In this document: in pieces, positions 9,230 to 18,326 of the stretch
Layout: every line of letters starts with the position of its first letter
Position numbering within the stretch: position 1 is the first letter of the stretch
Source: a bacterium
GTDB taxonomy: Bacteria; JAMCPX01
NCBI GenBank assembly: GCA_037439545.1
Contig: JBBIVV010000020.1
Span: 1-41,324, forward strand
Direction: 5' to 3'
DNA: 41,324 nucleotides
Notes under the pieces: model-generated
Database searches by the model: none
Seen by the model: the letters and a program-made list of their open reading frames with translations, nothing else
What the model was told of the DNA's origin: nothing
Position numbers and translations under genes: made by a program

Positions 9230-10846
9230 ATGAGGACTTCAAGATATTATTTATTTGCCGTCGCATGTGCGATGATGCTGTCTGCGGCTGCCGGGTGCGG
9301 CAGTTCGACAAAGACGGGCAATGCAAATACACCCGGTCACCTGCCCGGGGCTCACTACACGCTCTCCACTTCAGAAACGACGCTTGTCCGGACACTCGTT
9401 CCCGCAGAGCCGGCACTCAATCCTGTCGACCCGAACGCTATACCGCAGAATCCAAACTTCGGTAAATTCATAACAGGTCCCGGGGAGAATTTTACCTTCA
9501 GAAACGACCTGTCCATAGCAGGTGCGTCTGCAACGCTTTCCTCACATGCACGCTCGGTCGTTTATTTTCCTGTTATCACGGACATCCATATCATGGATAC
9601 AAAGACGCCGCTCAGGTTCTTTTATACCTATTATGACAATGGAGTCATAAAATCAGCCCTGCCGCAGGCGCAATACTCTCCGCAGGTGCTCGATGCCGTG
9701 ATACGGACGCTCGACGATTTCAGCAACACGAGGCACTACAACCTGCTCATCGATACGGGTGATACGGTAAATGATACTGCAGTGAATGAAACCCGCTGGT
9801 TCATAGACGTCATCGATGGCAATACCATTACCCCTGACAGCGGCAAACAAATCGACGTTGTTCCCGGTCCTCTGAATGATGCCCATGACACGTTCCTGGC
9901 ATGGGGCCTCGACAAGCAGGTCCCCTGGTACACGACTATGGGCAATCACGATGCGCTGATAGCAGGGCATTTTGCCGTTACCCCTGCATATAACGCCATT
10001 GCAACGGGCGATGCAGTTTATATTTCTTCAGAAGATGATTACGGGAACGTCCTGATCCCTGGTACGAAGATTACTCCGGACACCCGCAGGGCGCTGCTCG
10101 GTCCTGTCGGATACATGCAGGAATTTTTTACCACGACAACCCTGCCCGTTGGACATGGTTTCAGCACCACCACGATAAGCAACGGCTATGGGGATTATGC
10201 GTTCGATGCCGGGCCTTCGATACCGGTGAGGTTCATCGTGCTGGACTGGCAATGCAGGGCAGGTCAAACAGACGGATGCATAAGGACGGACGAGATCGAT
10301 AATTTCCTCGTGCCGGAACTCAATAAGGCCGCAGCAGAACATAAACTTGTGATCATTGCAAGCCATCAGTCTCCGGATTCACTCGATCCAAGCTCTGAGG
10401 TTACCGGTGCGGCCTTCATCAACCTTCTCATAAGTTACCCGAATGTGATTTTGCATCTCGTGGGGCATGGACATTATAACAGTATCATGCCGCGTGCAGG
10501 ACTGTCGGTAAGCACACCGGGCTACTGGCAGGTCGAGACTTCGAGTCTTATCAATTATCCGCAGCAAGCACGGATTATAGAGGTGGTCGATAACGGAGAC
10601 GGTACGGGCTCTATCTTTACCACGATGATCGATCATAATTCCCCGGATGGATCGATGTCTGCATCATCGCGTTCGATGTCGTTAAAGGCTGTGCAGATAG
10701 ACAATGATTCGCAAGGCAAAGAGGGCACTCTTGCGGACCGCAATGCGGAGCTTGCGATAAAGATCCCGTCGGATGTAGAAACCGCGTTACAGTCTGCATC
10801 ACTGCCGTCAAAGATAGAATCTCTGACTACGCTCAGGGGTAACTGA
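9230..10846 (+). CDS. Lipoprotein calcineurin-like metallophosphoesterase (TIGR03767/TIGR03768-like)
   Basis: Lipobox AAGC; motifs DIHIMD, TGDTVND, GNHD, SHQ, GHGH; C-terminal WQVETSSL and DRNAEL; RBS AGGAGG. Confidence 0.82.
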   Translation: MRTSRYYLFAVACAMMLSAAAGCGSSTKTGNANTPGHLPGAHYTLSTSETTLVRTLVPAEPALNPVDPNAIPQNPNFGKFITGPGENFTFRNDLSIAGASATLSSHARSVVYFPVITDIHIMDTKTPLRFFYTYYDNGVIKSALPQAQYSPQVLDAVIRTLDDFSNTRHYNLLIDTGDTVNDTAVNETRWFIDVIDGNTITPDSGKQIDVVPGPLNDAHDTFLAWGLDKQVPWYTTMGNHDALIAGHFAVTPAYNAIATGDAVYISSEDDYGNVLIPGTKITPDTRRALLGPVGYMQEFFTTTTLPVGHGFSTTTISNGYGDYAFDAGPSIPVRFIVLDWQCRAGQTDGCIRTDEIDNFLVPELNKAAAEHKLVIIASHQSPDSLDPSSEVTGAAFINLLISYPNVILHLVGHGHYNSIMPRAGLSVSTPGYWQVETSSLINYPQQARIIEVVDNGDGTGSIFTTMIDHNSPDGSMSASSRSMSLKAVQIDNDSQGKEGTLADRNAELAIKIPSDVETALQSASLPSKIESLTTLRGN

Positions 10847-10885
10847 TAATACTGACATGGATTTTAAAACAGGGGAGTTTGCGCC

Positions 10886-11851
10886 TTACACGAACTTCCC
10901 TGTCTGTTTTGCATAGAGCTTAACATAATCCTCTGCCATGCGCATATAATGAAAATGCTCAAGCACGTGTGACCTGCAATCCATCGGACTTAAATCATCG
11001 ATCCTGCGCACCGCATTGACCATGTCATCCGTATCACTGCAGAGGAAGCCCGTTCTCTTATCTAAAATGATCTCAGGCATTGCCCCGCGGCATGTCGTTA
11101 TGACAGGTGTGCCGCTGACCATTGCCTCTATTGCAACGAGCCCGAATGGCTCTTCCCATTGCGTCGGGAAAATAAGGGCCTTTGCCTTTGCCAGATAGGC
11201 TGCCTTTATCTCGTTTCCGACCTCTCCGACATAGAGGCAGTTCTTATGAAAATGCCTTTTCAGATAACCGAACCCTGCATAGCCTTCCACAAATTTCCGG
11301 TGAGCGTTGCCCGCAATGATAAGCTTCATTCCTGTTTGTCTGGCAACGTCTATAGCAACGGGCAGTCCCTTGACCTTCCAGTCAGCCCTTGAAAGGAACA
11401 ACAGAAAGTCTTCCTTACGTTCACTGAACAAATATTCTTCGGGTTTTAATCCGTTATGCACAAACGGCAGGTCGGGTCTTTTGTAAGCCTTTCTGTGCGC
11501 ATCGCTTAAAAAATTAAAATGTCCGTCAAGCTCTTTATCGAGCCAGGCGTAACCGTGGATGGATTTTAACACCGGCAGCTTATAATCCAAATATGAATAA
11601 CCATAGTGATAATGAAGGATGTCCGCATCAGAGGGAATACTTTTATCGAGCATCGGCGATTCTCTCTCAATTTTCCTCACCTTTTCAACGGGGACAACCT
11701 CTGCATAAGCACAGGACGTACCTTGTGGTGCAAGCAGGTAATTCTTGTGTCCCATCTTCTGCAGTGCTTCCAACAGCCATACGATCACCCTTTCCACACC
11801 GCCGTAATAATTGACGGGCAGGACCTCGTTTGAAAAATGTGCTATCTTCAT
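10886..11851 (-). CDS. Glycosyltransferase family 4 (GT-B)
   Basis: YGGVERVI, KGLPVAI, WEEPFGLVAIEAMVSGTPVI. Confidence 0.9.
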   Translation of the reverse strand: MKIAHFSNEVLPVNYYGGVERVIVWLLEALQKMGHKNYLLAPQGTSCAYAEVVPVEKVRKIERESPMLDKSIPSDADILHYHYGYSYLDYKLPVLKSIHGYAWLDKELDGHFNFLSDAHRKAYKRPDLPFVHNGLKPEEYLFSERKEDFLLFLSRADWKVKGLPVAIDVARQTGMKLIIAGNAHRKFVEGYAGFGYLKRHFHKNCLYVGEVGNEIKAAYLAKAKALIFPTQWEEPFGLVAIEAMVSGTPVITTCRGAMPEIILDKRTGFLCSDTDDMVNAVRRIDDLSPMDCRSHVLEHFHYMRMAEDYVKLYAKQTGKFV

Positions 11852-12774
11852 TTTTTATACCGCATATAAAGACCTTTACCGATCATAAGTTTGAACGCAT
11901 TTTCTATTGCAATAGAACTGAACAGCGAAAAGGGGTTATGTTTGATGGCTTCAAGAAGATACGGCTTTGCCTTATCAAATCCACCTATGGATATGAACGC
12001 CCTCGAAAGCCTCAGTGCGCGTTCGGCAGCAAGGCGGTTATTGATTCGTACCCCTTTGTCCCGGGCATATGATGTTATGCTGTTCCATGCCGCTTCCGTC
12101 GCATTGACCCATTGAACCTTATTGTTCGAATAACTTCCGGAATGCACATGGATGTGGACCGTAGGCTTGTTCATAAAACCAATGCCGCCGATCATGGCGC
12201 ACCGTGTGAAAAGCTCCCAGTCTTCACGCAGCGGAAGTCCCGTGTCGAACCCGTTCGTTTCTTCTAACAGAGATCTTCTTATAATGCAGGTTGACGGATA
12301 GCCGATCAATGCACGGAGCATAAGCTCAAGATACGAAGCACCAATACCTGTTTTAACCCCTTTGATGCCGGCAGTTTTCTCTCGTGTCTGTTCGTTGAGG
12401 AGAACCCAATTTGAAAAAGCTATTCCGGTTTTCCCGTGTTGATTTATAAAATTATTCAGTGAATCGAGATGATCGGGAAGCCAGCAATCATCGTCATCGA
12501 GAAAGGCGATGAGCTCTGTTTTTGAAAACTTTATACCGGTGTTTCTGCAGGCTGATCTCCCCCGGTTCTTTTCGTTGCTGATGAATTTTATTACGCCCGT
12601 TTCTATTTCCGTTTTAAACCCCCGCTGTACCCGCTCAGTGGTGTCGTCGGACGAAGCGTCGTTGACGACAATGATTTCGAATTTTTTAAACGTCTGTGCG
12701 AGCACGCCCTGCAATGCCCTTTCAAGCATTTCAAAGCGATTATAGGTCGGTATCACGACGCTTATCTCAGACAT
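11848..12774 (-). CDS. Glycosyltransferase family 2 (GT-A)
   Basis: SVVIPTYNR, VVNDASSD, RNTGI, AFLDDDD, EDWEL. Confidence 0.9.
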   Translation of the reverse strand: MSEISVVIPTYNRFEMLERALQGVLAQTFKKFEIIVVNDASSDDTTERVQRGFKTEIETGVIKFISNEKNRGRSACRNTGIKFSKTELIAFLDDDDCWLPDHLDSLNNFINQHGKTGIAFSNWVLLNEQTREKTAGIKGVKTGIGASYLELMLRALIGYPSTCIIRRSLLEETNGFDTGLPLREDWELFTRCAMIGGIGFMNKPTVHIHVHSGSYSNNKVQWVNATEAAWNSITSYARDKGVRINNRLAAERALRLSRAFISIGGFDKAKPYLLEAIKHNPFSLFSSIAIENAFKLMIGKGLYMRYKK

Positions 12775-12840
12775 GGTATATTCCTTTTTAAAGAGTGTTT
12801 AAAACATTGCATGCACATACACTAAAATACCTAAAAATGA

Positions 12841-12951
12841 AAGTAAACCCCGTGAGAAAGGACGCGGCTTTAAACCCCGCCCTTTCTATAAGGAATTAAA
12901 AATTATCATATTAGCCCCGCCATAAATGGCGGGGCTTTCTCACGGGGTAAA
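12841..12951 (+). repeat. 111-bp palindromic repeat element, copy 2
   Basis: TAAA-CCCCGTGAGAAAG ... CTTTCTCACGGGG-TAAA with a perfect inner stem AGCCCCGCCAT-AA-ATGGCGGGGCT; same orientation as copy 1. Confidence 0.9.
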
Positions 12952-13132
12952 GAATCAAATTTCAGCATAATTTTGTAAAACAGCCGTTGTGCGTCAATCG
13001 AGGGTGAGTCGCCGCACAAAACCTTCCCATTTTCAAAGACATTTTTCAGGTCGAACAGAAGATATGGGTCGATAAAAACAGACAAGCAATAGATTTGACT
13101 TTACACACAAAATATTATTTAAAGCATCTAAT

Positions 13133-13218
13133 GCCTGGGTGGCGGAACTGGTAGACGCAAGGGACTTAAAATCCCTCGGGGCTCAAACTCCATGCCGGTT
13201 CGATCCCGGCCCCAGGCA
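13133..13218 (+). tRNA. tRNA-Leu(UAA), 3' CCA not encoded
   Basis: Acceptor stem GCCTGGG/CCCAGGC plus discriminator A; D arm GGCGGAACTGGTAGACGC; anticodon arm AGGGA-CTTAAAA-TCCCT; long variable arm; T loop GGTTCGATCC. Confidence 0.95.
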
Positions 13219-13240
13219 GTATTGTCAAAAGGAGGCTGAT

Positions 13241-13858
13241 ATGAAAAATAAAATCTCATGGCTTGGACACTCAAGCTTCAGAATATCCGATGGCAAGGTC
13301 GTCTACATCGATCCGTGGGAATTAAAAAAATCGGATCCAAAGGCGGACATCATACTTATTTCACACGATCATTTCGATCACCTTTCTGTCCCGGATGTGG
13401 AAAAGATAAGCAAAAAAGATACGGTCATCGTAACGACCGGTGCGGCCGGGAAGCAGTTGAGCGGAGATGTCAGGATCGTAAAGCCCGGCAGTACGATGAG
13501 TATTGGCGGTATTCATATTTCTGCGACGTACGCTTACAACCCGTCAAAACCTTTTCACCCGAAGGATGCAGGCAATGTCGGTTTTATAATATCGATGAAC
13601 GGAGAAAGCATTTATCATACGGGCGATACCGAATTTATCGAAGAGATGAGATCGCTGAAAGCAGACATTCTTTTAGTTCCCGTAGGAGGGCTCTATACGT
13701 CCGATGCCGACAATGCAGTGAAGATCGTTGAAGCAGTGAAGCCCAAACTTGCTATCCCGATGCACTGGGGGAAGCTCAATGATGTCGCGGGCAGAGAAGC
13801 GGCAGAAAGATTTAAAAAGCTTGCAGGCATTTCTGTAGAGATACTCAATCCGGAATAA
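13241..13858 (+). CDS. MBL-fold metallo-hydrolase (UPF0173/Lactamase_B_3-like)
   Basis: WLGHSSF, IDPW, SHDHFDH, YHTGDT, PVGG, IPMHWG; start moved to ATG 13241 after AGGAGG, because the track start lies inside the tRNA. Confidence 0.88.
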   Translation: MKNKISWLGHSSFRISDGKVVYIDPWELKKSDPKADIILISHDHFDHLSVPDVEKISKKDTVIVTTGAAGKQLSGDVRIVKPGSTMSIGGIHISATYAYNPSKPFHPKDAGNVGFIISMNGESIYHTGDTEFIEEMRSLKADILLVPVGGLYTSDADNAVKIVEAVKPKLAIPMHWGKLNDVAGREAAERFKKLAGISVEILNPE

Positions 13859-13867
13859 ACTATTGTT

Positions 13868-13909
13868 TTGACATGTTGACGACAGGGATTGTAAGATTGA
13901 CATTATAAT
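13868..13909 (+). promoter_or_regulatory. Possible sigma70 promoter(s) of the acyl-CoA ligase operon
   Basis: TTGACA(13868)-N18-TAAGAT, plus a TATAAT at 13904-13909. Confidence 0.35.
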
Positions 13910-13926
13910 CAAAAGAAGGAGGGTTT

Positions 13927-15486
13927 ATGGATTTAGCCTATAAAGATCTCCGTGAAATGGTAGAGAAACAGGCAAAGGAAAGCAATGATAAGGTCTATAT
14001 CTATTTTTACGATGATGCCGTAACATTCCGGCAGTTTGACGAGAGGGTCAACCGCTTTGCCAACGGATTGAAATCCATAGGGATAAAAAAGGGTGATACG
14101 GTCCATATCTACATGAATAATTCCCCCGAGTTTCTCTACGCAGCACTTGCAATAAACAAACTTGGCGCCATTGCAGGGCCTATAAACTGCTGGTGGAGTC
14201 CTGAAGAGATAAAATTCCTGCTCAATGATTCAGGAGGGGAATACCTCGTTGTCGAGTCCTCGTATTATTCCAACATCGAAGGCATAAAGCCATCGTTATC
14301 CTATCTCAAGAAGATCGTTTATTCGGGCGACAATCCTCCCTCAGGCACGATAGCCTATTCAGAGCTCATGAATTATCCGGACGAACTCGGACCTGTGAAG
14401 ATATCACCGGACGACGATGCATACCTTTTTTATACCTCCGGCACGACAGGGAAGCCAAAAGGTGCATTGTTGACGCATGCCAACGCCCTTTATGCAGTTA
14501 TGGGGGTCAGGTCGGTGCTGCACTCTGAAGAAGAAAAGGGTGATGAAGTCGCCCTGATTTTTTTACCGTTGTTTCATGTAAATGCCATGATGTCCATGAT
14601 CAGCGCACTTTATTCCGGCGTTACCGTAGCGTTAAGGCTGACTTTTTCTGCATCCGAGTTCGGAGAGGTCGTTGAAAAGTACAAGGTCACCTTCTTCAGC
14701 GGAGTGCCTGCTGTCTATAATATTCTGATCCTCATTGCAGATGACATAAAAAAACACGATCTGAGCAGCTTGAAATTCGGTGTGTGCGGTGCAGCGCCTC
14801 TTGCGGAAGAAACATTCAAAAAATTTGAATCCATCTATGACATAAAGATTGTAGAAGGATATGGACTTACCGAAGGTACTGTCGTCAGCACCTTGAACCC
14901 GCTCCATGGCGTCAGAAAGATTGGTTCTATAGGATTGACACTACCCGGACAGGAGGTAAGGGTCATCGATGATAACGGCAAGGAACTGCCGGTCAATGAA
15001 ATAGGCGAATTGGTCATAAGGGGCGGTGCAATCATGAAACGCTATCACAACAGGCCCGAAGAAACTGCACAAACCGTCGTCAGCGGATGGCTGCACACAG
15101 GGGACATAGGATATGTCGATTCCGAAGGGTATTTTTACATCGTTGACAGAAAAAAGGACATGATTATCCGTGGAGGAGAGAATCTCTATCCGAAAGAAAT
15201 AGAAAACGTTCTTTACGAGCATGGAAAGGTCATGGATGCTGCTGTCATAGGTGTGCCCGATAAGGTCATGGGCGAGGAGGCAAAAGCCTTCATAGTGCTG
15301 AAACCCGGGGAAAAAACAACCGGGGATGAGATAAAAGAATACCTGAAATTAAGACTTGCCGTATTTAAAATACCGAAGTATTTTGAATTCATTGACGATT
15401 TACCCAAAAATATTATCGGTAAGGTCCTCAAGAAAGAACTCCGTGCACGGGAAATAGAAAAGACAATAAAGGAAAGAAAGGCTTGA
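13927..15486 (+). CDS. Long-chain-fatty-acid--CoA ligase (FadD/LcfB-like)
   Basis: YTSGTTGKPKG, LPLFHVNA, EGYGLTE, WLHTGD, DRKKDMIIRGGENLYP, A10 motif LPKNIIGK. Confidence 0.9.
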   Translation: MDLAYKDLREMVEKQAKESNDKVYIYFYDDAVTFRQFDERVNRFANGLKSIGIKKGDTVHIYMNNSPEFLYAALAINKLGAIAGPINCWWSPEEIKFLLNDSGGEYLVVESSYYSNIEGIKPSLSYLKKIVYSGDNPPSGTIAYSELMNYPDELGPVKISPDDDAYLFYTSGTTGKPKGALLTHANALYAVMGVRSVLHSEEEKGDEVALIFLPLFHVNAMMSMISALYSGVTVALRLTFSASEFGEVVEKYKVTFFSGVPAVYNILILIADDIKKHDLSSLKFGVCGAAPLAEETFKKFESIYDIKIVEGYGLTEGTVVSTLNPLHGVRKIGSIGLTLPGQEVRVIDDNGKELPVNEIGELVIRGGAIMKRYHNRPEETAQTVVSGWLHTGDIGYVDSEGYFYIVDRKKDMIIRGGENLYPKEIENVLYEHGKVMDAAVIGVPDKVMGEEAKAFIVLKPGEKTTGDEIKEYLKLRLAVFKIPKYFEFIDDLPKNIIGKVLKKELRAREIEKTIKERKA

Positions 15487-16289
15487 GTAAAGATTTTATA
15501 AAAGAAGCTGCAAAAGAGATTGTCAAAAGGAAACACATCGTGGCGTTTACGGGTGCAGGCATCTCTCAGGAAAGCGGCATCGCGACTTTCAGGGACCCCG
15601 GAGGATTATGGGACAGGTTCAATCCCATGGAGTTCGGCACGACCCAGGGCATTATAGATCTGGCAACGCACAATCCGCAGAAAATTATAGACTTTATCGA
15701 TGATTCCATAGCCTCCCTGAGTAATGCATCCCCGAACCAGGCACATTTTGCAATAGCAGAATTGGAAAAATTGGGGTTGTTGGATTGTGTCATTACACAG
15801 AACGTCGATAATCTGCATCAGCTTGCGGGCAGCAACCATGTCATTGAAGTGCACGGGAATATTTACAGGTTCAAATGCACACAATGCAGCGAAACGATGA
15901 AATTTTCGAAACAGGATTTTCTGGAATTCTTAAAAAATGCCGTCACAGAGCTGAATTCTCATTCACTGGAACGAATATTGACTGCAATGCCTGCCTGCAA
16001 ATGCGGCGGCAAGGCACGGCTCGACATTGTCATGTTCGGCGAACCCGTCCAGATGATCCCCGAATCCTACATGAAGATAGAACAGGCAAAGGTCGTTCTG
16101 ATAATCGGGACATCGGGCTCGGTTTATCCCGCGTCCGAGATCCCGAGGTACGGGAAAAAATCAGGCGCGGTCATCATCGATGTAAATCCGAGGGAAACCT
16201 TTTATTCCGATATCGACAACTACTTCTTGAAAGGTCCGGCTGGCGAGATAATGCCGAAACTTATGGAAGCGGTCAAGGCTTTACTGTAA
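15483..16289 (+). CDS. cobB: NAD-dependent protein deacylase, Sir2 family
   Basis: GAGISQESGIATFR, TQNVDNLH, HG, zinc-binding Cys pairs CTQC/CKC, MFGE, GTSGSVYPA; TTG start overlapping the ligase stop. Confidence 0.9.
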   Translation: MSKDFIKEAAKEIVKRKHIVAFTGAGISQESGIATFRDPGGLWDRFNPMEFGTTQGIIDLATHNPQKIIDFIDDSIASLSNASPNQAHFAIAELEKLGLLDCVITQNVDNLHQLAGSNHVIEVHGNIYRFKCTQCSETMKFSKQDFLEFLKNAVTELNSHSLERILTAMPACKCGGKARLDIVMFGEPVQMIPESYMKIEQAKVVLIIGTSGSVYPASEIPRYGKKSGAVIIDVNPRETFYSDIDNYFLKGPAGEIMPKLMEAVKALL

Positions 16290-16318
16290 ACTTTTAAAAG
16301 ATTGAAACAGGAGGTTTT

Positions 16319-16753
16319 ATGGCAACTCTCACGAATAAGCAGAAGAACTACAGGATGCTCATGATCATGCTCTTTTGGGCATTTCTTATCGTCGGATCGA
16401 TGTTCTACATTGTTCCCAACCATGTTATAATAATGTTCAACATGGTTTCCGGGAAGATCGGTCATTTCCAGGCTACACCGCTCAGCATGGAAAGATTTTA
16501 CATCGATCTTGCCGTTGCCTATATGGCATGTGTCACGGCAATTGCGTATCTTATAATAAAAGATGTGCAAAAGAACCTGAACCTTACGCCGGTCCTTCTT
16601 ACCGGAAAGGCAGTGTCGTCACTCACCTCTCTCATAAGTTTCATAATGTATCAGAACTCCCTGCTTCTGATCTCTAATTTTATCATTGACGGTTCTATCG
16701 TTTTCATTGTCCTGGCATTCTATATTCCTGTAAAAAAAGAACAGCGTACATAA
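16319..16753 (+). CDS. Hypothetical membrane protein (about 4 TM helices)
   Basis: RBS AGGAGG; four hydrophobic segments; no family recognised. Confidence 0.7.
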   Translation: MATLTNKQKNYRMLMIMLFWAFLIVGSMFYIVPNHVIIMFNMVSGKIGHFQATPLSMERFYIDLAVAYMACVTAIAYLIIKDVQKNLNLTPVLLTGKAVSSLTSLISFIMYQNSLLLISNFIIDGSIVFIVLAFYIPVKKEQRT

Positions 16754-16791
16754 TACAGTACCCGTCCGGCAATGCAGGATAAAGCGATGCA

Positions 16792-17073
16792 ATGGGTACA
16801 TTAAAGCACGTGCACCTGATCGTTCATGGAAGGGTCCAGGGCGTATGGTACAGGGCGAGTGCAAAAGAGGCTGCGGAAAAGCTCGAACTAAAAGGCTGGG
16901 TGAGGAACCTGCCCGATCGCTGTGTCGAGATCGATGCTTCCGGGGATGTGGATAGTATAGAGAAATTCATCCAGTGGTGCTATCAGGGACCACCGGGTGC
17001 CCGTGTTACAACCATCGATGTCCAGGAACTCGAAGCCGGAGTCATCATAGAAAATTTTCAGATCATCAGATGA
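16792..17073 (+). CDS. acyP: Acylphosphatase
   Basis: VHGRVQGVWYR, GWVRNLPD, GPPGARV. Confidence 0.92.
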   Translation: MGTLKHVHLIVHGRVQGVWYRASAKEAAEKLELKGWVRNLPDRCVEIDASGDVDSIEKFIQWCYQGPPGARVTTIDVQELEAGVIIENFQIIR

Positions 17074-17149
17074 ACTCCATGAGAGAACTTTGTTCACGAA
17101 CGGGATACTGTACTTACCCGGGAAGAAGAGTGAAAGAGCAGGCAACGGC

Positions 17150-17178
17150 TTGACAATGAAACAAGAGTTATATTAAAT
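17150..17178 (+). promoter_or_regulatory. Possible sigma70 promoter of the ACP cluster
   Basis: TTGACA-N17-TTAAAT about 50 bp upstream of the ACP start. Confidence 0.35.
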
Positions 17179-17227
17179 CTGGCACAGTGTTGATGGATTT
17201 TAACCACGGCTATTAAGGGAGAAGTAT

Positions 17228-17479
17228 ATGGATCGCACAGAAATTTATAATCTGATCGCCAACTTTTTTGTAGAACAATTCGAGATCCAGAGGGAAGATA
17301 TAAAGCCAGATGCCAATCTTTTCAAAGACCTCGGCCTGGATAGTATAGATGCTTTGGATATGGTCGGTATGCTGGAATCTCAAATAGATCTCGAAGTAAA
17401 CATAGAAGAACTGAAAAATATCCGCACTGTCCAGGATGTCGTGAATTTTGTTTCTTCGAAAATCAATGCTACCGCCTGA
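17228..17479 (+). CDS. Acyl carrier protein (ApeE/ApeF-like)
   Basis: Acidic 83-aa protein with phosphopantetheine motif DLGLDSIDALDM. Confidence 0.92.
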   Translation: MDRTEIYNLIANFFVEQFEIQREDIKPDANLFKDLGLDSIDALDMVGMLESQIDLEVNIEELKNIRTVQDVVNFVSSKINATA

Positions 17480-17491
17480 CAGCTTTTTACC

Positions 17492-17881
17492 ATGAGCGAG
17501 AAGTGGATAATTCCTGAAAAGTTCGTCCCTCATGAGAACGATGCAGAAGGACATTTTATGATTCCCGGTAATTCTCCCTGGTTTTCCGGGCATTTTCCCG
17601 GCATGCCTGTTTTCCCTGCGATCGGCATGTTAGGGCTGGTTTATGATACTCTCAAAGAGTATGCAGCACATCGCGGGATCCGGTTAACAATCATGGAAAT
17701 GAAGCGGATTCGATTCAGACAGGTCCTGGGACCGGAATCACCTTTTACCGTATTCATTTCCTTAAAGAACGTCAATGGCGCATCTCAGGTCTTTTTTCAC
17801 TGCGTATCGGGTGATACGAAGGTCTGTGACGGCATTTTACTTGTCAAGAGGGAACATGACGGGGCCCTGGAGAATGTATAA
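17492..17881 (+). CDS. FabA/FabZ-like hot-dog dehydratase (ApeI-like)
   Basis: WFSGHFPGMPVFPAI motif; IRFRQVLGP. Confidence 0.8.
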   Translation: MSEKWIIPEKFVPHENDAEGHFMIPGNSPWFSGHFPGMPVFPAIGMLGLVYDTLKEYAAHRGIRLTIMEMKRIRFRQVLGPESPFTVFISLKNVNGASQVFFHCVSGDTKVCDGILLVKREHDGALENV

Positions 17882-18326
17882 TATCGATGATTTTTTCCCT
17901 CACCGCGGAAGAATGAAAATAATCGACGGCATTGTCGAGATCGACGATGACCACTGTGTAACGGAATCCATTGCCGCATCCCTATGGCCCTTATGCAGCG
18001 GTGTACAGATCAACTCCATAATTATCGTAGAACTTGTCGCACAGACAGCGTCTATTTTTACCGGATGGAAAAAACGCAACGAGACGAAAACAAAAGGGGA
18101 AGGCGTCATCGTTGGAATAAAAAAGGCTGTTTTGACCGCTCCGGAAATCCCGGTAGGGAGCCGCCTCAGGACTTCCTGCAGAATACGCGTCAACCTCGAC
18201 GGTCAGTACGGCGAGTTTGAAGGCGAAGTAACAGACGGGCACATTCAGTATGGTTTTGTGCACCTTCAGACATTGAACCAGCAAATTTCTTTGTCAGGCA
18301 GGGAAAACTTCCCGTCAAAAAAATGA
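17874..18326 (+). CDS. FabZ-like hot-dog protein (ApeP-like)
   Basis: FFPHRGRMKIID and VELVAQ motifs; start moved to ATG 17874, which follows GGAG and overlaps the previous stop. Confidence 0.75.
   Translation: MYNIDDFFPHRGRMKIIDGIVEIDDDHCVTESIAASLWPLCSGVQINSIIIVELVAQTASIFTGWKKRNETKTKGEGVIVGIKKAVLTAPEIPVGSRLRTSCRIRVNLDGQYGEFEGEVTDGHIQYGFVHLQTLNQQISLSGRENFPSKK

Noticed and set aside
9127..9465. 112-aa ORF MAGLSHGVNN...
   Set aside because: Starts inside repeat copy 1 and overlaps the metallophosphoesterase in another frame
13139..13240. N-terminal 34 aa of the 239-aa ORF (MAELVDARDLKS...)
   Set aside because: This is the translation of tRNA-Leu; the real start is ATG 13241 with AGGAGG
17079..17153. 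24-aa ORF MRELCSRTGYCTYPGRRVKEQATA between acyP and the ACP gene
   Set aside because: No RBS, no recognisable motif, and it overlaps the candidate -35 element
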